64,000 nucleotides of DNA from Callorhinchus milii (lineage: Eukaryota). Positions 36,839-49,603 of this stretch are shown here, piece by piece. The stretch is taken from contig NW_024704742.1 in assembly GCF_018977255.1 (NCBI RefSeq), positions 86,492,001 through 86,556,000 of the forward strand. Direction: 5' to 3'. The notes below the pieces were generated by a model. It was not told the origin of the DNA. It was given only the letters and a program-made list of their open reading frames with translations, and ran no database searches. The position numbers and the translations under genes were made by a program. How positions within the stretch are numbered: position 1 is the stretch's first letter; each line of letters opens with the position of its first letter.

Positions 36839-39368
36839 CATCTGCCCCACTATCGCTATTTTGCCACCACTCTTGGGAGCTCCATTACTGGAGTCCCTCT
36901 GACTCGTTCCCTCCTTCCCCATTAAAGGCATGTCAAGATCGAACTCTTTGATCGCGCCTTCAGTTATTTTCCCTTGGCTCCCACCCCTAGCTCAGTTGCC
37001 CAACTGGCAAGGTTGAGCCCTTTGTGTAAATATTGTTTTGTTTTTGGAAGGGAAACACAAAATATTGCTTGTGGGGCCCATAAATCCTTCTCAAATAGGG
37101 AATCCAGCCTACGGCAGCCAAAACATTGGATCACCTTGATGTATATAAGTAGGGAAACGTGTTTAGACTAGATTCAGATTTCAAATCTCTGGAGCTCCTT
37201 CACTCTACCCCTCCGTCCCGCACCCTCTTTATTTGGGTTTAAGTCTCGTCTCAAAGACTACCCTTCAACTGCACAGTTAAGGACGTTTTAAGGAAGTTAA
37301 GGTCCTTTTGGAGGAGGTATTGAAAACCAGAGCCATTTAGATATATGGAGGGTTCCGTCCTCCAGCAATGGCCTTTTATGATTAGTAGAATGCTGGAAAT
37401 CAAATAGCAGACTTGGTTCATTAAGCTCTTTGCAATTAATTATTTCATTGACATTCACTTGCATTGACATTTACCCTGCATGGCCATGTATAGTGGTGGT
37501 TGTAATATACCTAGATCCAAATCAAAGGTGTGTTAGTAGCTTCTTTATTTGTCAATCCAAGCTCTCAATAATTCACACACTTTGTCCCATTCCATGTGTC
37601 CTTTTCTACTTCCTGCCCTTCTTCTTATTGGCTTTTTTTTACTCTTAACGGAATATCCAACCGTGGTCAAGGTTTGCGCACTTATGCCCAATGATTTCTG
37701 CCATTGAGACCTCATTGGTTCTATGGGCTTGGTGTAGTAATTAGCTAGAAGGGTGTAAAACCTTCCTTGTGGAAAAGACTGCCTATGATTCCTATAGAGA
37801 AAGGGAAATGGCATGTTATGGCTGTTGAGGAAGTGCTAGAGAAGGAATACGTGTAAAATAGATTATTTTGGACTCCTCAGAGTGGAATTTGCAGGCATTG
37901 TGCAAAAGCTATGACTTTTGGGAAAAAGTGTTCGTTGTTTGCAAAAATCATGTACTGTAGATGACCATCCCCATCCAGACTGGACTAAATAATAATAATC
38001 CTTGCATTTGATATAGGGCCTTAAAGCACTTCACAGGATTATACTGTAAAGTGAATTGACTATTTGTGGCTGAAACGTGGCAGCCAATTGAACACAGCAG
38101 TGATTAAAAGATCAAAGTCGCAGATTACCCTGGTTAGGACTCCCAATTTGCTGACATTTTGAATTTTATTAAGAGATGGAAGAAATAGGAGTGGTCAGTG
38201 TCAGTCAGGTTTTAAGGAACAGTAAGAGTGAAGTTTATGCTATGTATAAGCATGGCTACAGAACTGCTATAGACATTGGTTATTCTAGTGGATAGCAATG
38301 CTGTTTTATATGAAGCGTATATAGGTGACAATAATGTAATTAATCGTTTTGATGATGATATTCTGAATCACAGTATCACAATGTAGTATTACAAGTTGTA
38401 TCCTCTTCAGTAGGATGCTTCGTTTTTCCCATAACACACTCGATTGCGAGTTTACCTCAGCTATAACATTGATATTTCATGGTTGTCACTAGCATTTTAT
38501 TTACAAAATACAGAACGTTTAAGCAGAACCACTTGGAGCTGGCACTAGGTTAAACCTCCTCCTGATCTCCAATGTCTGTGCTACACTAGAATTATTGTGG
38601 TGATTGTGTGGCTGTAATGGCATAAATTCAATGCAGAAATGCTGGAATAGGGCCAAATGTCTCTTTGATTCAGCTTTGCTACCGAGATCCATTTTAGGTG
38701 GTGACCCAGAACTTGTTAGTTCCTGGTAAAATTGTAAAGTGTCCTGATGCACATTGAAACTGCCCTGTCCACTTACCAGGCAGAGTCTAATCCATCTAAT
38801 GCTGGTTGACTTAAACTGTTAGCTGAAGTAACCAGATAAAATGGGCGAATGCACTGCACATTTGGTTTCCTTTGAAATTCAGTGCTCCTATATCTGCTAG
38901 TCTTTTTTAGTGTGCGTATGTCTGAGCAGACACAGAGAGCTGAAGGACATTATGCTGCCACATTTGTGACCAGAGTAATGTATGAGACAGGATTAGATGG
39001 ATTCAAGATTTGTATAGGTGGAACCAGGGTCGAAAGCTTTGGAGAAATGTAACTTAGAGGTGACCAAGGTATCAATAAAAGTTTCCACAGCAGGAGCGAT
39101 AGTGAGGTCATTAGCAATGGGTGAAAGAAGGTGGTCCTGGTAATGGGTCGAATAGGGGGTTGAAACTTGGTTAACCACAGAGAAAGCTACTGCGTTAAGT
39201 TCCACCTTGCTATTTGAACCAAACACAGCTTTAGATTGTGAACTTGTGGCTCTTCATAACCCACATGCCACAACCAATTCATTTACATAAAGAGTAATGA
39301 TATGGTGTGAATGTTTACGGCACTGTAACCACTTAAATGTATAAAAAAAAGAGTTTTTTTCACCTATA

Positions 39369-39914
39369 CAGTAAAACTCGAACAAGTTTTGTCTTTATAA
39401 ATCGTATAATCCCCCAAGTTGCACTTTAACCCGAGACCCCTTCAGGTTCCTATCAAAACCGTTTAGATTTCTTTGCATTACTCGTATTACTCATCTTGTA
39501 ACTCATAACACCGCTCGTCTACCCGCATTTACTGGCTGCATTGAATCTCAGAAACAACATCCTGATCTGTCAATGCATGTGCACTTATTGGACGGTTGCA
39601 TTGAATCGTGGGAAAAGTAGTCTTGATCCTTCAACGCATGCGGAGAAGAACTTCATTTCTCACGATTTCAGCGCTTGCCGGGAAGCAAGACACATTGAAT
39701 TGTCTTGTTCCATCACTGCGTGCGCACTTACTGGCTGCAGTGATGAACTACCGAAGGCACGTTTACTGACTGCATTGAATTACGCATTTGGAGTGTCGAT
39801 TATTGAATAAATCAGATGTTATACAACTTGTACAGTTTGCCTACAACTCGGATTTCACATAAGTCATATTAAATATGTTGGTACCGACTGATACAATGTA
39901 TTTGAGTTTTATTG
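39369..39914. mobile_element. Tc1/pogo (Tigger-like) non-autonomous DNA transposon
   Basis: TA|CAGTAAAACTCG ... TGAGTTTTATTG|TG termini; CpG-richer interior with short internal direct repeats. Confidence 0.55.
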
Positions 39915-40791
39915 TGAGTTTTTCATATAGTATTTCAAGATAATCCATCAAGTATCCCTTTAATAAATTAAAACAACCTTTCTAGACAATAGACACATGG
40001 AAATAACCCATCTAGAATGTCACATAAATCTGTTGGGACACTACACAAAAGCCTTATTAAATGAGGTGAGCGTACTGAGCTTATTAAAACACAATTTACT
40101 TTGCAACTCAGATTTCAGATTCTCAAAGTGGTTTTGTTTAATAAGGCAGCTTTGACACTTTAGCATTAATTTAAAGTGTGACACATATGGATTTTAGCTC
40201 TGGGACAGCTAGTCAATCTTCCTGTGGCTGGGAATTTAAACTCTGACGTTCTGGAAAGGCATTTTGTGGTATAATTTTTACATGAGAGTGCGTATCTCTG
40301 CCTTATCACAGTCTTTTACTTACACAATAGATCTTGATACAGCTAAGTCAGCGTGCAACAACAAAACACAACAACAAAATTACATTTGTATAGCGCCTTT
40401 CACGATGGGAAGACACACCAAAGCGCTGGACAATCAGTGTTTCGGACCTGAGCTGGGGCGGGATCAGGGAGGGTAGAGGGCGGTGTGGAGGGAAGGAGGA
40501 TGACCGAAGAGGAGGGTCTTGAAACTGGATAGTGAGCATGCAAAAATATGCTATTCTGGCGTAATTTAAAACCGCCACAGTGTTTATCTTGACAGAAAAA
40601 AAGTGTCTGTTTTCCAAGATGCGAAAACCATGCATTGCATGTGGCACTGGAAAAGCCATTGTATTCTTGGCTGATACCTTCATCTTTATTCAAGAACTTT
40701 GTTGCTTCGTGTGCATTTGCTGCTTGTTAACAAAAGATCTGATTCTGTTTTACGCAACGACTGGTGAGAATGATGCTGAAATATTTTCCAG

Positions 40792-40896
40792 GAAGGAACT
40801 TGTAGAGTTGGGAGCATTGGATCCAATTAAGGATTTGTATCTAGGAAAACTCGCCCTAACAAAGTTTCCAAAAAGCCCTGAAACGTGGATTCACAG
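40792..40896 (+). CDS. PTAR1: PTAR1 exon 4 (KELVELGALDPIKDLYLGKLALTKFPKSPETWIH-R)
   Basis: tttccag| ... AG|gtttgt; 105 nt; PFTA motif PKSPETWIHR. Confidence 0.96.
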
Positions 40897-41317
40897 GTTT
40901 GTAAATACTATTCTGTTTTGGAAACTACTAGGACTTTCTAAAGTTGTATCTTTTCATGTAATGAAACAACAACAAATTGGTTATTGATTAGCATCTGTAA
41001 GATTATTTTACTGATGTCTAACTTCCTGCTGTGGGGTGGGGGTTGGTGGTGGTGGAGAGAGGTAAATGGTGTTTCCTTTTCCTTAACTGCTCCAAAGTGA
41101 CCTGTTTGGCAATGGGATGTCGGGATTGAGTCAGTCTTTTATGGCATTCTCGATAGTTTGGTTCCTGAGCCATGTGATTCTGTATTACTCCAGGGCAGTG
41201 ATAATGACAGACCAACTAACCTGGCTCATCAGTAGGACTTGGAGGAGCAGACCAATGGGGGAAGGAATTCTTCCCACTCAGCTCCTATTAACTTTGCAAG
41301 CCAAAACCCTAGTGGAT

Positions 41318-41530
41318 AATAATAATAATAATAATAATCCTTGCATTTGATGTAGCGCTTTTCCCGTCTTCTAGACGTCTCATAGCGCTTCACAGAATAT
41401 GCTGTAAAGTGAATTGACTGTATATTTGTGGGCGAAACGCGGCAGCCAATTGTGCACAGCAGTGTTCCACAAACAGTCGTGGATTGAAAATGACCAATTT
41501 ATTATTGTTTTCTTTTGGAGGGATTATTAG
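41318..41530 (-). mobile_element. 3' part of the young SINE
   Basis: Reverse complement of the SINE body and tail. Confidence 0.85.
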
Positions 41531-42289
41531 GGTTGTCCTAGTGGACAAGCAGCGGGAAAGCTTGTCAGACAGTGCTTTCAAGCTGTGTGGTTAAAGCTGG
41601 TTAAACTACAGCATACTCTGGGATCCCGAAACCTTGGCACTTGTCAACCTGCGCCTCGTACTTTCCAGAATTAAGTAAGCAGATTGTATCCCTATAGGGA
41701 GAGAATATGTATCCCATTCTAGTCCCAGAATTTGCCCTGCTTAGGTAGAATGTGTGCAAATCTGTCTGGTTTGAATAAGCTTAAGCATGGTGATGAGTTT
41801 TACATGTGTCAGACACTAGGCTGTCAAAAATAAACTAAAGTCCAAAGTACCTTTTCCAGGTACCGCACAAGCTTCATTTGTATCGAGCGTCTATCTTTGT
41901 GGACCTTTTATATCATGCTTTTAATCTGAAAGATCTCGCCACTCAGGTCTCCCTGACTCTCAAACTTTTGTTGGCACAACTAGTGCACATTACTGCTTTG
42001 GTGGGTCTCTTAAGAGTTTTCCATCCCTCCTCCCAACAGCCTGACATTGTCATGACTCAGATCAGGACAAGCACAAACCAAGGGATTGAACGAAACAAAG
42101 ATTGTTCCCTTGACCTCAGCACCAGAGTGCTGTACTTATTACTGCACTTGGATATTTCAAGGCTACATTGGTTTACAATTTTATTTATTTAAAAGCATTA
42201 CTTTTGCTTCAGAAAACGCAGAAATTAATTTGAATTGTTGCTCCCTAAAGATTTACCAATAAAACCATGAACATGTTGAAATTGCCGCA

Positions 42290-42800
42290 GGTGTATGGGA
42301 TGAAGCCCTCATTCAACCTTTTGGTACCTCCAGACTTGACTTCTCATACTTCTTGTCTCCCTGATTTCACCATCCACAAGCTTCAGCCTATTAAAAAACT
42401 GCCCCACCCACATCCTCACTCGCACCGAATTGCACTGGCCCGTCTCCCCAAGCTCAACCTGCCTCCCTGGCGACTAACAGTTTGATTTCAAGGTCCTCAT
42501 GCACTTGTACCTCCCTATCTCTCCCTTCTGCTCATCGAACTCAGGCCTACTGCACATTCCCTCTGTTTCACCATTGGTGGTCAAGCCTTCAAAAACTATG
42601 TTCCACCCATTGGAACTCCCTCCTTTGAATATTTATTATAATTATTATGATTTATCTGTCTTCAAACGCAGTCTAATCTACCTGTACGATCATGCCTATA
42701 GTCAATCCCTCTTTGCCCAGTATCCAACACCACTCCTATGAAGCACGCTTAAGATGTTATCCTACTTGAAGAGCACTGTATTAATACAGGTGTTGTTGTT
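42290..42800 (+). mobile_element. Old L2 3' fragment
   Basis: Degenerate match to 28878-29500. Confidence 0.65.
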
Positions 42801-42999
42801 AATCCTGTTGTCAATAATGGAATAATCTCATATTCTCAATTCTGAGTTTCTTAAAAAATAGAGTTTTCTTACAGTGTATTTTCATACTGTGAAAGAAAAT
42901 GATTAAAATTCAGCTGGTTTGTTTCCACTGATAACTGAAGTGATGGACTGGTTATTAAATGGAGTGAGGGTTTAAAAAAATGTTTCACAAGGAAACTCT

Positions 43000-43205
43000 T
43001 CAGATGGTAAACCAAAGTCCCATCTGCCTGTTGAGGTGGATGTTAAAGATCTCTTGACACTATTTGAAAAGAAAAAGGAGTTTCTACCCATGTCCTGGCC
43101 AACAATTCTCCAGATAAACTGGTATTTCATCAGTTGGCTGTTTGTACGACCTTAATGTGCACAAAGCTGGCTGGCAATTTTACGTGCAAAAACAGTCACT
43201 ACACA
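43000..43205 (+). mobile_element. Old Deu-type SINE core fragment
   Basis: GGTGGATGTTAAAGATC...TGTCCTGGCCAAC. Confidence 0.6.
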
Positions 43206-43654
43206 TGAATGCAAATACTTGTACAACAATTTTACATTTATATAGCATGTTGGGAAGTCGTCTCAAAGTCGTCTGTTTCTAAATTGTTTACTTTTTTTGA
43301 AGGCTTGACTCCCAACATAATCCTTAGGAAAACATATTCTAATTGTTCTTCTGCAGCCTAGGAATCTTCAGATTCCATGGCTGATACCCTGCTTCTTGTG
43401 CTGCAGGGAATTGTCTGTCTCTAGGGATTCCTCTGAGGATTGTACACATGGTGGCATTAATTAATTTTTATTGTAAGGGGTACATGTAGGGCATAGTGGC
43501 TCTTTCCCAGACCATCCGATCATGACAAAAAGCTTTAAAAACTTGGTCCTTTTAAAGTTCTTAAATTCTGCATCCTTTGGAACAATTTCAACTTATTTTT
43601 ATAATTCAGATTCAGTGTTAGGATTCGTAAAGTGTTTTGAGACATCACCCTCCG

Positions 43655-43880
43655 TATAGAATCATGGAATCCTAGAGCACAGAAGGAGGCCACCGTGCCA
43701 TAGTGCCTGTGCCAGCTCTTTGAAAGAGCAATCCAATTAGTTCCACTCTCCCACTTTTACCCCATAGCCTTGCAATTTTTTTTCTTTTGAAGTATATATA
43801 CAAATGTAATTTTGTTGTTGTTGTATGCAATTCCCTTTTGAAAGTTATTATTCAACCTGCCTCCACCACCCTTTCAGACA
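43655..43880 (-). mobile_element. CR1 3' fragment
   Basis: AGCACAGAAGGAGGCCA tail motif. Confidence 0.65.
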
Positions 43881-44241
43881 GTGCCTTCCAGATTCCAATA
43901 TAGGGCATGGATGCACATGTTGAAATTGTTTCACTGATCAGCCAACAAAGATGGTGCCTTGATTTCTGTGGTCTTGCTTCATTGTTCTTTTGATATTGAC
44001 TTAAAATGCTTTATATATAATGTGTATTTATCTGTTGTCAAGGCTGTATTGTATACAGAATATTACGGTTAGTTTTAAAATCTGTCAATTTGGCTCACGT
44101 AAAAGAAATGCTATCTCTTTAATAAGTAGAGAATGAGATTCTTCTCTTGCCAGTGCATGTGACACAATCCGGTTGCTAAGATACGATTTTGCATTGCACC
44201 AGTCTGTTCCCTAATGGTGTGTGCCATTTTCTTTCCCAAAG

Positions 44242-44458
44242 ACGCTGGATTCTGCAAAAGATCATTCAGAAAATTTGCCTTCCAAATTCGAAGAATAAAA
44301 ATAATTCAGCAATAGTAGTACCAACTGAACAGATGCATAGACTAATACAGGATGAGATGACAGTCTGTTCTGAAGCTGCTGGAAGGTATCCAAGCAACTA
44401 TAATGCCTGGTCCCATCGTATCTGGGTCCTGCAACATGTGGCAAAGTGCAATCCTAAG
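44242..44458 (+). CDS. PTAR1: PTAR1 exon 5 (RWILQKIIQK...CSEAAGRYPSNYNAWSHRIWVLQHVAKCNPK)
   Basis: Acceptor ttcccaaag| (AAG); donor AAG|gtatga; 217 nt. Confidence 0.95.
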
Positions 44459-46939
44459 GTATGACTGTGGATTAATCTCCTTGTTTTAATAATCGGGCCT
44501 AATAGGTCAGCCAATATCTGTCAAGAATGCTGTGGTGTAGCTGGTTTAAATGGGTAAATGGTCGTAGGTGGGCTACTAATTGGTGCCTTACATGGGAGGT
44601 GTTTCATCGCTGCGTTTGGGAGGGGGGAAAAAAGGAAGAGGAAATTGACGTGGTTTAACCTTGCAAAGCCTTTTGTGGCCAGTCATGCTGCAGTGTTGAC
44701 ACTAGTCACAGAAAACCCTGTGCAGCAGACTATCTCTTGTTTCTGATGAGAAGAAATTAATAATATGCCTGTGATGGAAAATGTGGGAGGGAGAGAGAAA
44801 TACTTAATTTACATTCTTTGAGCAGCTTTGAGTATCAGTTTGAAATCTTTCCAAAAGTGATTTATCTCACATTATTAAATATGCGCAGCCAAAATGACTG
44901 TCAGTTTAAAACATGTAGAAGCTGATTTAGATCTGAAGGGAATTCTTTTCAATCAAAATTTCTGAGTTGTGCAAATGAATAGTTAATTTCAGTGCAAATT
45001 GATGCTTGAAGTGGTAGAATAAGCAATTTGGCACACTGGATAAATCCCAGTTTCATTTGCATCATGAAGCATTTTAAATAAGCCACGCATGTCTTGTTAG
45101 AAACTGATTATTAATGCTGCATAACCCCACAATCTGCATAACAAAATCATGTTTGCAATGGGGGTTTGTAGGGGCGGAGGAAATTGTGTTGTTTTGAAAT
45201 TCTGTAGAGACTGATGGATATCTGGGAGCTATTAAATTACAGCCAGTAATGTAATTGAGCAGATCAGATGTCATTTTAAAATGCAAGAATAAGACCCAAG
45301 TGAATGGTTATCATCTTGATTCTTTAAGAGCGTGAATCATTCCCTTTAATGATTTTTGGGTTTCTATTTTAGATATTGTTTTCATTTTAATGTGTCAGTA
45401 TTTTTTTCTTAAAAGCCCGTTAACTCTAGCAGCCAGTGCCCTTCGTGTCCTTGATGAATGGAGAAATTCAGAATAACTGTTGCGTCATCAAAACAGATTT
45501 ATTACCTGTTATCTGTGGCTTTAGAAAGCAGAATGGTCTACATTGTGGATACGTTGTGACATTTTAAAATCTTAGCTTTTCCTTTGAAATGTTCATTTCT
45601 GTAACAGTTTTGCTCCTGCATGGTTTGCAGCATCTCTGTTCAGAAATGATATCTTCACAAAGTACAGTATTACGGAGGTTGTATTATTCCACGAGTGTCT
45701 GATTTAACCTCTGACTTCTCTGTGGGATATGCTGCAGGTTCTTGTTTTACATAGACGCCTCACTTTGAATAGATTCTGACCTTTTGTGTTATTGTCTTGA
45801 TTTGAAATGCTGTGGGTGCAACACAGGTTTATAAAATGGCTTCTCCTTTGCTAATTTGATGCTTTTGTCTTGCAGCAGAGTCTGACTTTGTGAAACTTTT
45901 AAGTGTGTGATTCCACAAAATATTAGGATATTTTTTAATTGGAGGGGGGGGAACAGGAAGAGAAGGAATACTATTTTTTGAATATTGAACCTAGCCAACA
46001 TTTGAACAACTAATAGCACTGTGGGTGGGCACATTTAGGAGTGCTGCAGGATCCATGCAGCATACATTTAATCTTCTGCTCCTCTTGGTTCCTGGTCGAG
46101 CTGTCCCAAGCTGCAAGCTGCTCACTGTGGTGTCCATCTGCGAATGTAAGAGAAAATCAGATAGCAATCTGGGGGGAGTGTGCTGCCTGCGTGGTACTTA
46201 GTGCTTCTGAAAAGCTGAACAAAGGGCATTGGTGCAGGTCTTGGATTAGGCTACCCTTCAGCAGGAGAGGCTGAAGAAATAGGGGATTACTTACTGAAGG
46301 AAAACGAACATTAATAATTTAACAAAAAAAAGCTTTTAAAGAGCATTAATTTTTAACCGCTATCAATTTTTTTTTTGTAATTTGCATTCCAATTTCAAAA
46401 CTGGCTCAATTTGTGGGCATGTACTTTTCGAAGGAATTTTAAAGCAAATAGCATTTTTGAACATCTTTTGTAACTTCAAATACACTGCTAGGCTTTGAAG
46501 AGTTAAGCAATTGACTATCCATTCGGCTATACTCAGGCTATCTATTCAGTTTTGTATTCTCTGTTAAATCTTGAGAAGTGTATAACTACAGTGTCAAAAA
46601 TCTTATGCTTTAATAGTAATTTCTATAAATTAGATAAAATAGCCAAATTGTAAATTGTTGTGCCATAAATTCATAATTTCAATGCAAACCTAAAACACTC
46701 AGAAGAGTAGCATTTCGATTAGATTTCATTTTGCTAATGTTATTGTGAGATTTTGCTAATAGGTTCACTTCAGTGTGCTNAAAAAAAATTAACCAAGAAC
46801 TTACCTATACACCAGTAGTAATAAGGATTGCAACATTAGATCAGAATTGCATTTGGATGATGTTTGCATTCATTTAGTACTGAAACGACTTTAGGTTGGA
46901 ACAAGATAGCAGAACAAGAAGACATAGGCTTATGTCTAT

Positions 46940-47100
46940 GTCTAAAGGGAAATTTCAGGACAGGCACCAGGAAGTATTTCTTTACCCAGTGGGTAATTAA
47001 CGACTGGAACAAGTTGCCAGGAGCGGTGGTTGAGGCCAGGATGTTGAGCTCGCTCCATCAAAAAAAGCTTAATGCTGTGATGGGAGGTCAGTAGGATAGG
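46940..47100 (+). mobile_element. Old CR1 3' fragment
   Basis: RKYFFTQWVINDWNKLPGAVVEA. Confidence 0.7.
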
Positions 47101-47574
47101 TGTTCTAGTAGGATAAGGTCACACAGGATTCATAGAAAGTACAGCTCTGAAACAGCCCATTTGAACCCAGTCTGACTATTGGGCCTTCTTCATCTAAACT
47201 AATCTTGTGAAGTATCGTGCCTATTTTTGTTTTGGTTCCTCTGGTATCCTAGGCCATTCTTTGACTGAGAGGATGGGCAGATGCAGCTCTCAGCAATGAA
47301 ATTCTTGAGTTACTGCAGGATGTTCCTGTAAACAGCCTGAGGATGACTCTTGTCTTCTGCCTTATTGTTACCTTTCTTTCGAACCAATCATGGTATGATG
47401 AAGTTTTGGAGTTCATTTTGTGCATAATAGTGAGCATGTACCAATTACTGTCACTCTCAATAGTGCAACTTATTGGCACACCTATACACTGTAACTGCAC
47501 GATTACACTGCCCAAATTAGCCAACATAAACCATTTATTTATTAATGGTAGTTGGTTGTGTTTTATATTTCCAG

Positions 47575-47891
47575 GTACTGCTTGATGAGTTGTCCAGTAC
47601 TAAGTACTGGGTATCCACGCATGTATCCGACCACAGCGGTTTCCATTATCGACAATTCCTACTGAAGTCTGTGGCGTGCAACACACGAAATACAACAGTT
47701 ACTGGGCCTGGGTGCATGAGAAAACCCTTAAGTAAAGAACATCATACCAGTCTTCCACTTCCTCCAAAGGATGAAGGTGCATCTGTAGATGTGTATATGG
47801 CAGATGTGCCGCTTATGATTGAAGAGGAAATGGAGCTCTGCACTGATCTCATTGAGTCTTACCCAGGCCATGAAGCTCTGTGGTGTCACAG
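47575..47891 (+). CDS. PTAR1: PTAR1 exon 6 (VLLDELSSTKYWVSTHVSDHSGFHYRQFLLK...DLIESYPGHEALWCH-R)
   Basis: tttccag| ... AG|gtaggc; 317 nt. Confidence 0.96.
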
Positions 47892-48599
47892 GTAGGCAAA
47901 CTAAAATATATTGTGTCCTGAACTTTACTATATTGCTTTATTTATTTTGGAGATTACAGTGTGCTAATTGAATGATATATATTTGGCCATGTTTGTTATT
48001 GGAATAATAGAACTGTATTTTGCAGAATTGTACCAGTTTACTTGTGTAGCTAAGTTGAACCAATAGAGGGTGCTAAACACACAGTCTCTGGTTACCTCAA
48101 ACATCCACTAGTATTAACAATAATTAGCAGTCATTTTTGCTTTAGCCAGAAAGAGTTTGAATTTAAGTAAATGAGTCGTTCACCTGGATTAAAGTAATAA
48201 ACTTGGCGTAATAACTGGTAAAATTACTATTTTTCTCAAAAACAAAATTGTGTGTGACTGAAGCAATTATCCACAGTCTTATGATCATAGGTTAAAATTG
48301 CTTTTTGGATTTGAAGGCAATATATCGACTTTTGTGGTTTATTTATTCCCCACTATGACCATTAATCCAAGTGCTTGCTCCGTTCTGGTTCTTTTGCCAT
48401 ATTTGAACCGATTGAAATAAATGTATCTCACTCTGAAATGTTAATATTATCAGTGAAGTTATTTGTTCACCTTCGGTCTATAGAGAATGATATAATTAAA
48501 GCTTAAAATTTGGTACATTAATTTACTTAATGTAAATTTATCCAGGTTTGGGCCCGTTAATCTTATAGCAGTTAGTTAGTTACTTAGGGAAACGCTTTA

Positions 48600-48920
48600 C
48601 AAAATCTCACCCACCAATGGTGGGGCAGAGAAAGTGAGGGTCTTTAAGCAGGCCGAGTGGTGGGAATGGCGGTGGTGTAGGGTCGTAGGAGATTACAAGA
48701 GCTAGGGTGGGATAAGATAGTGGAGACATTTAAAGGGAAGGACGAGGATCTTAGTCAATCTTCTGGGGGATACAGAACCACTGGATCTGTGTGAGGATGA
48801 AGGTGACAGACCTGTGGAAACTGGTGCAGGAGAGGATGTGAGCTGTGGAGTTCTGGATGCCGCTGACTGCAGACGTTGTCAACAGATGAAGAATGTAGTG
48901 GATAAGCAAAAAGGGCAGAG
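48600..48920 (-). mobile_element. Old L2 fragment
   Basis: IQNSTAHILSCT...QWFCIPQKID. Confidence 0.65.
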
Positions 48921-49257
48921 GATAGAGACCTGAGGAACATGTCATGTCACCGTGGACAGGAGGAGAAGCAATATATCAAATACAAAGATTATTATTATAA
49001 TGCGGAGCCACATAATAGTGCCTTTTATGTTAAAAAAAATCTCTGAAGTGCTTCACGGAATGAGAATAATCTGAAATAAATGTAATGTAGAAAAATGCAG
49101 TGGTTAATTTGCTAACATAGTACCTGATTAATTTTGCATGACCAGGAATATTTATTGTTGAGGAGAGATTGGTGTACTGCAATTTAGCTCCCCTCCCTCC
49201 CCCCCTAAAGTTTACTGCAACTATAAAGCTTTAGTTTTTCTGAATTTTGTCTTGCAG

Positions 49258-49603
49258 GAGATGCGTGTTTTATCTTTTGCATTGCTGGAACAAAGAGAAT
49301 CGCCAGCTCTCGTCAAAGTCTGAGCCCAACAATGGTGGTGATGGAACTGTGAATAATGTACAGATGAGCAGTGCAGGGGGCTATTGCTCTCAAGACATGG
49401 ATGTTGATGGTGCGGTTGAATCAGTCAGGCAAAGTTACACCCAGGAGACAAAACGGCTGAAGCGAGGTCCTTCACTAGACTTGCCCAGCTTGTTAGAGGA
49501 GCACAGATTCATCGATACCATTTTAGCAGGTTGTAGCAATACTGAACAAGTCAGATTTGCAACTGCTTACAGAAAATGGCTGGACACTGTCATAAGTCAG
49601 TAG
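49258..49603 (+). CDS. PTAR1: PTAR1 last coding exon (RCVFYLLH...QETKRLKR...EQVRFATAYRKWLDTVISQ*)
   Basis: cttgcag| acceptor; TAG immediately followed by TGA. Spliced CDS 86+170+67+105+217+317+346 = 1308 nt, 435 aa. Confidence 0.95.

Noticed and set aside
39520..39790. CRISPR-like spaced repeats
   Set aside because: Eukaryotic intron, degenerate short repeats with irregular spacing, no cas genes, inside a probable DNA transposon.
46780..46780. Single N base
   Set aside because: Assembly ambiguity next to an A-run; not biological.
48060..48075. CTCF-like CCAATAGAGGGTGCTA
   Set aside because: Imperfect match, expected by chance in 64 kb, no supporting context.
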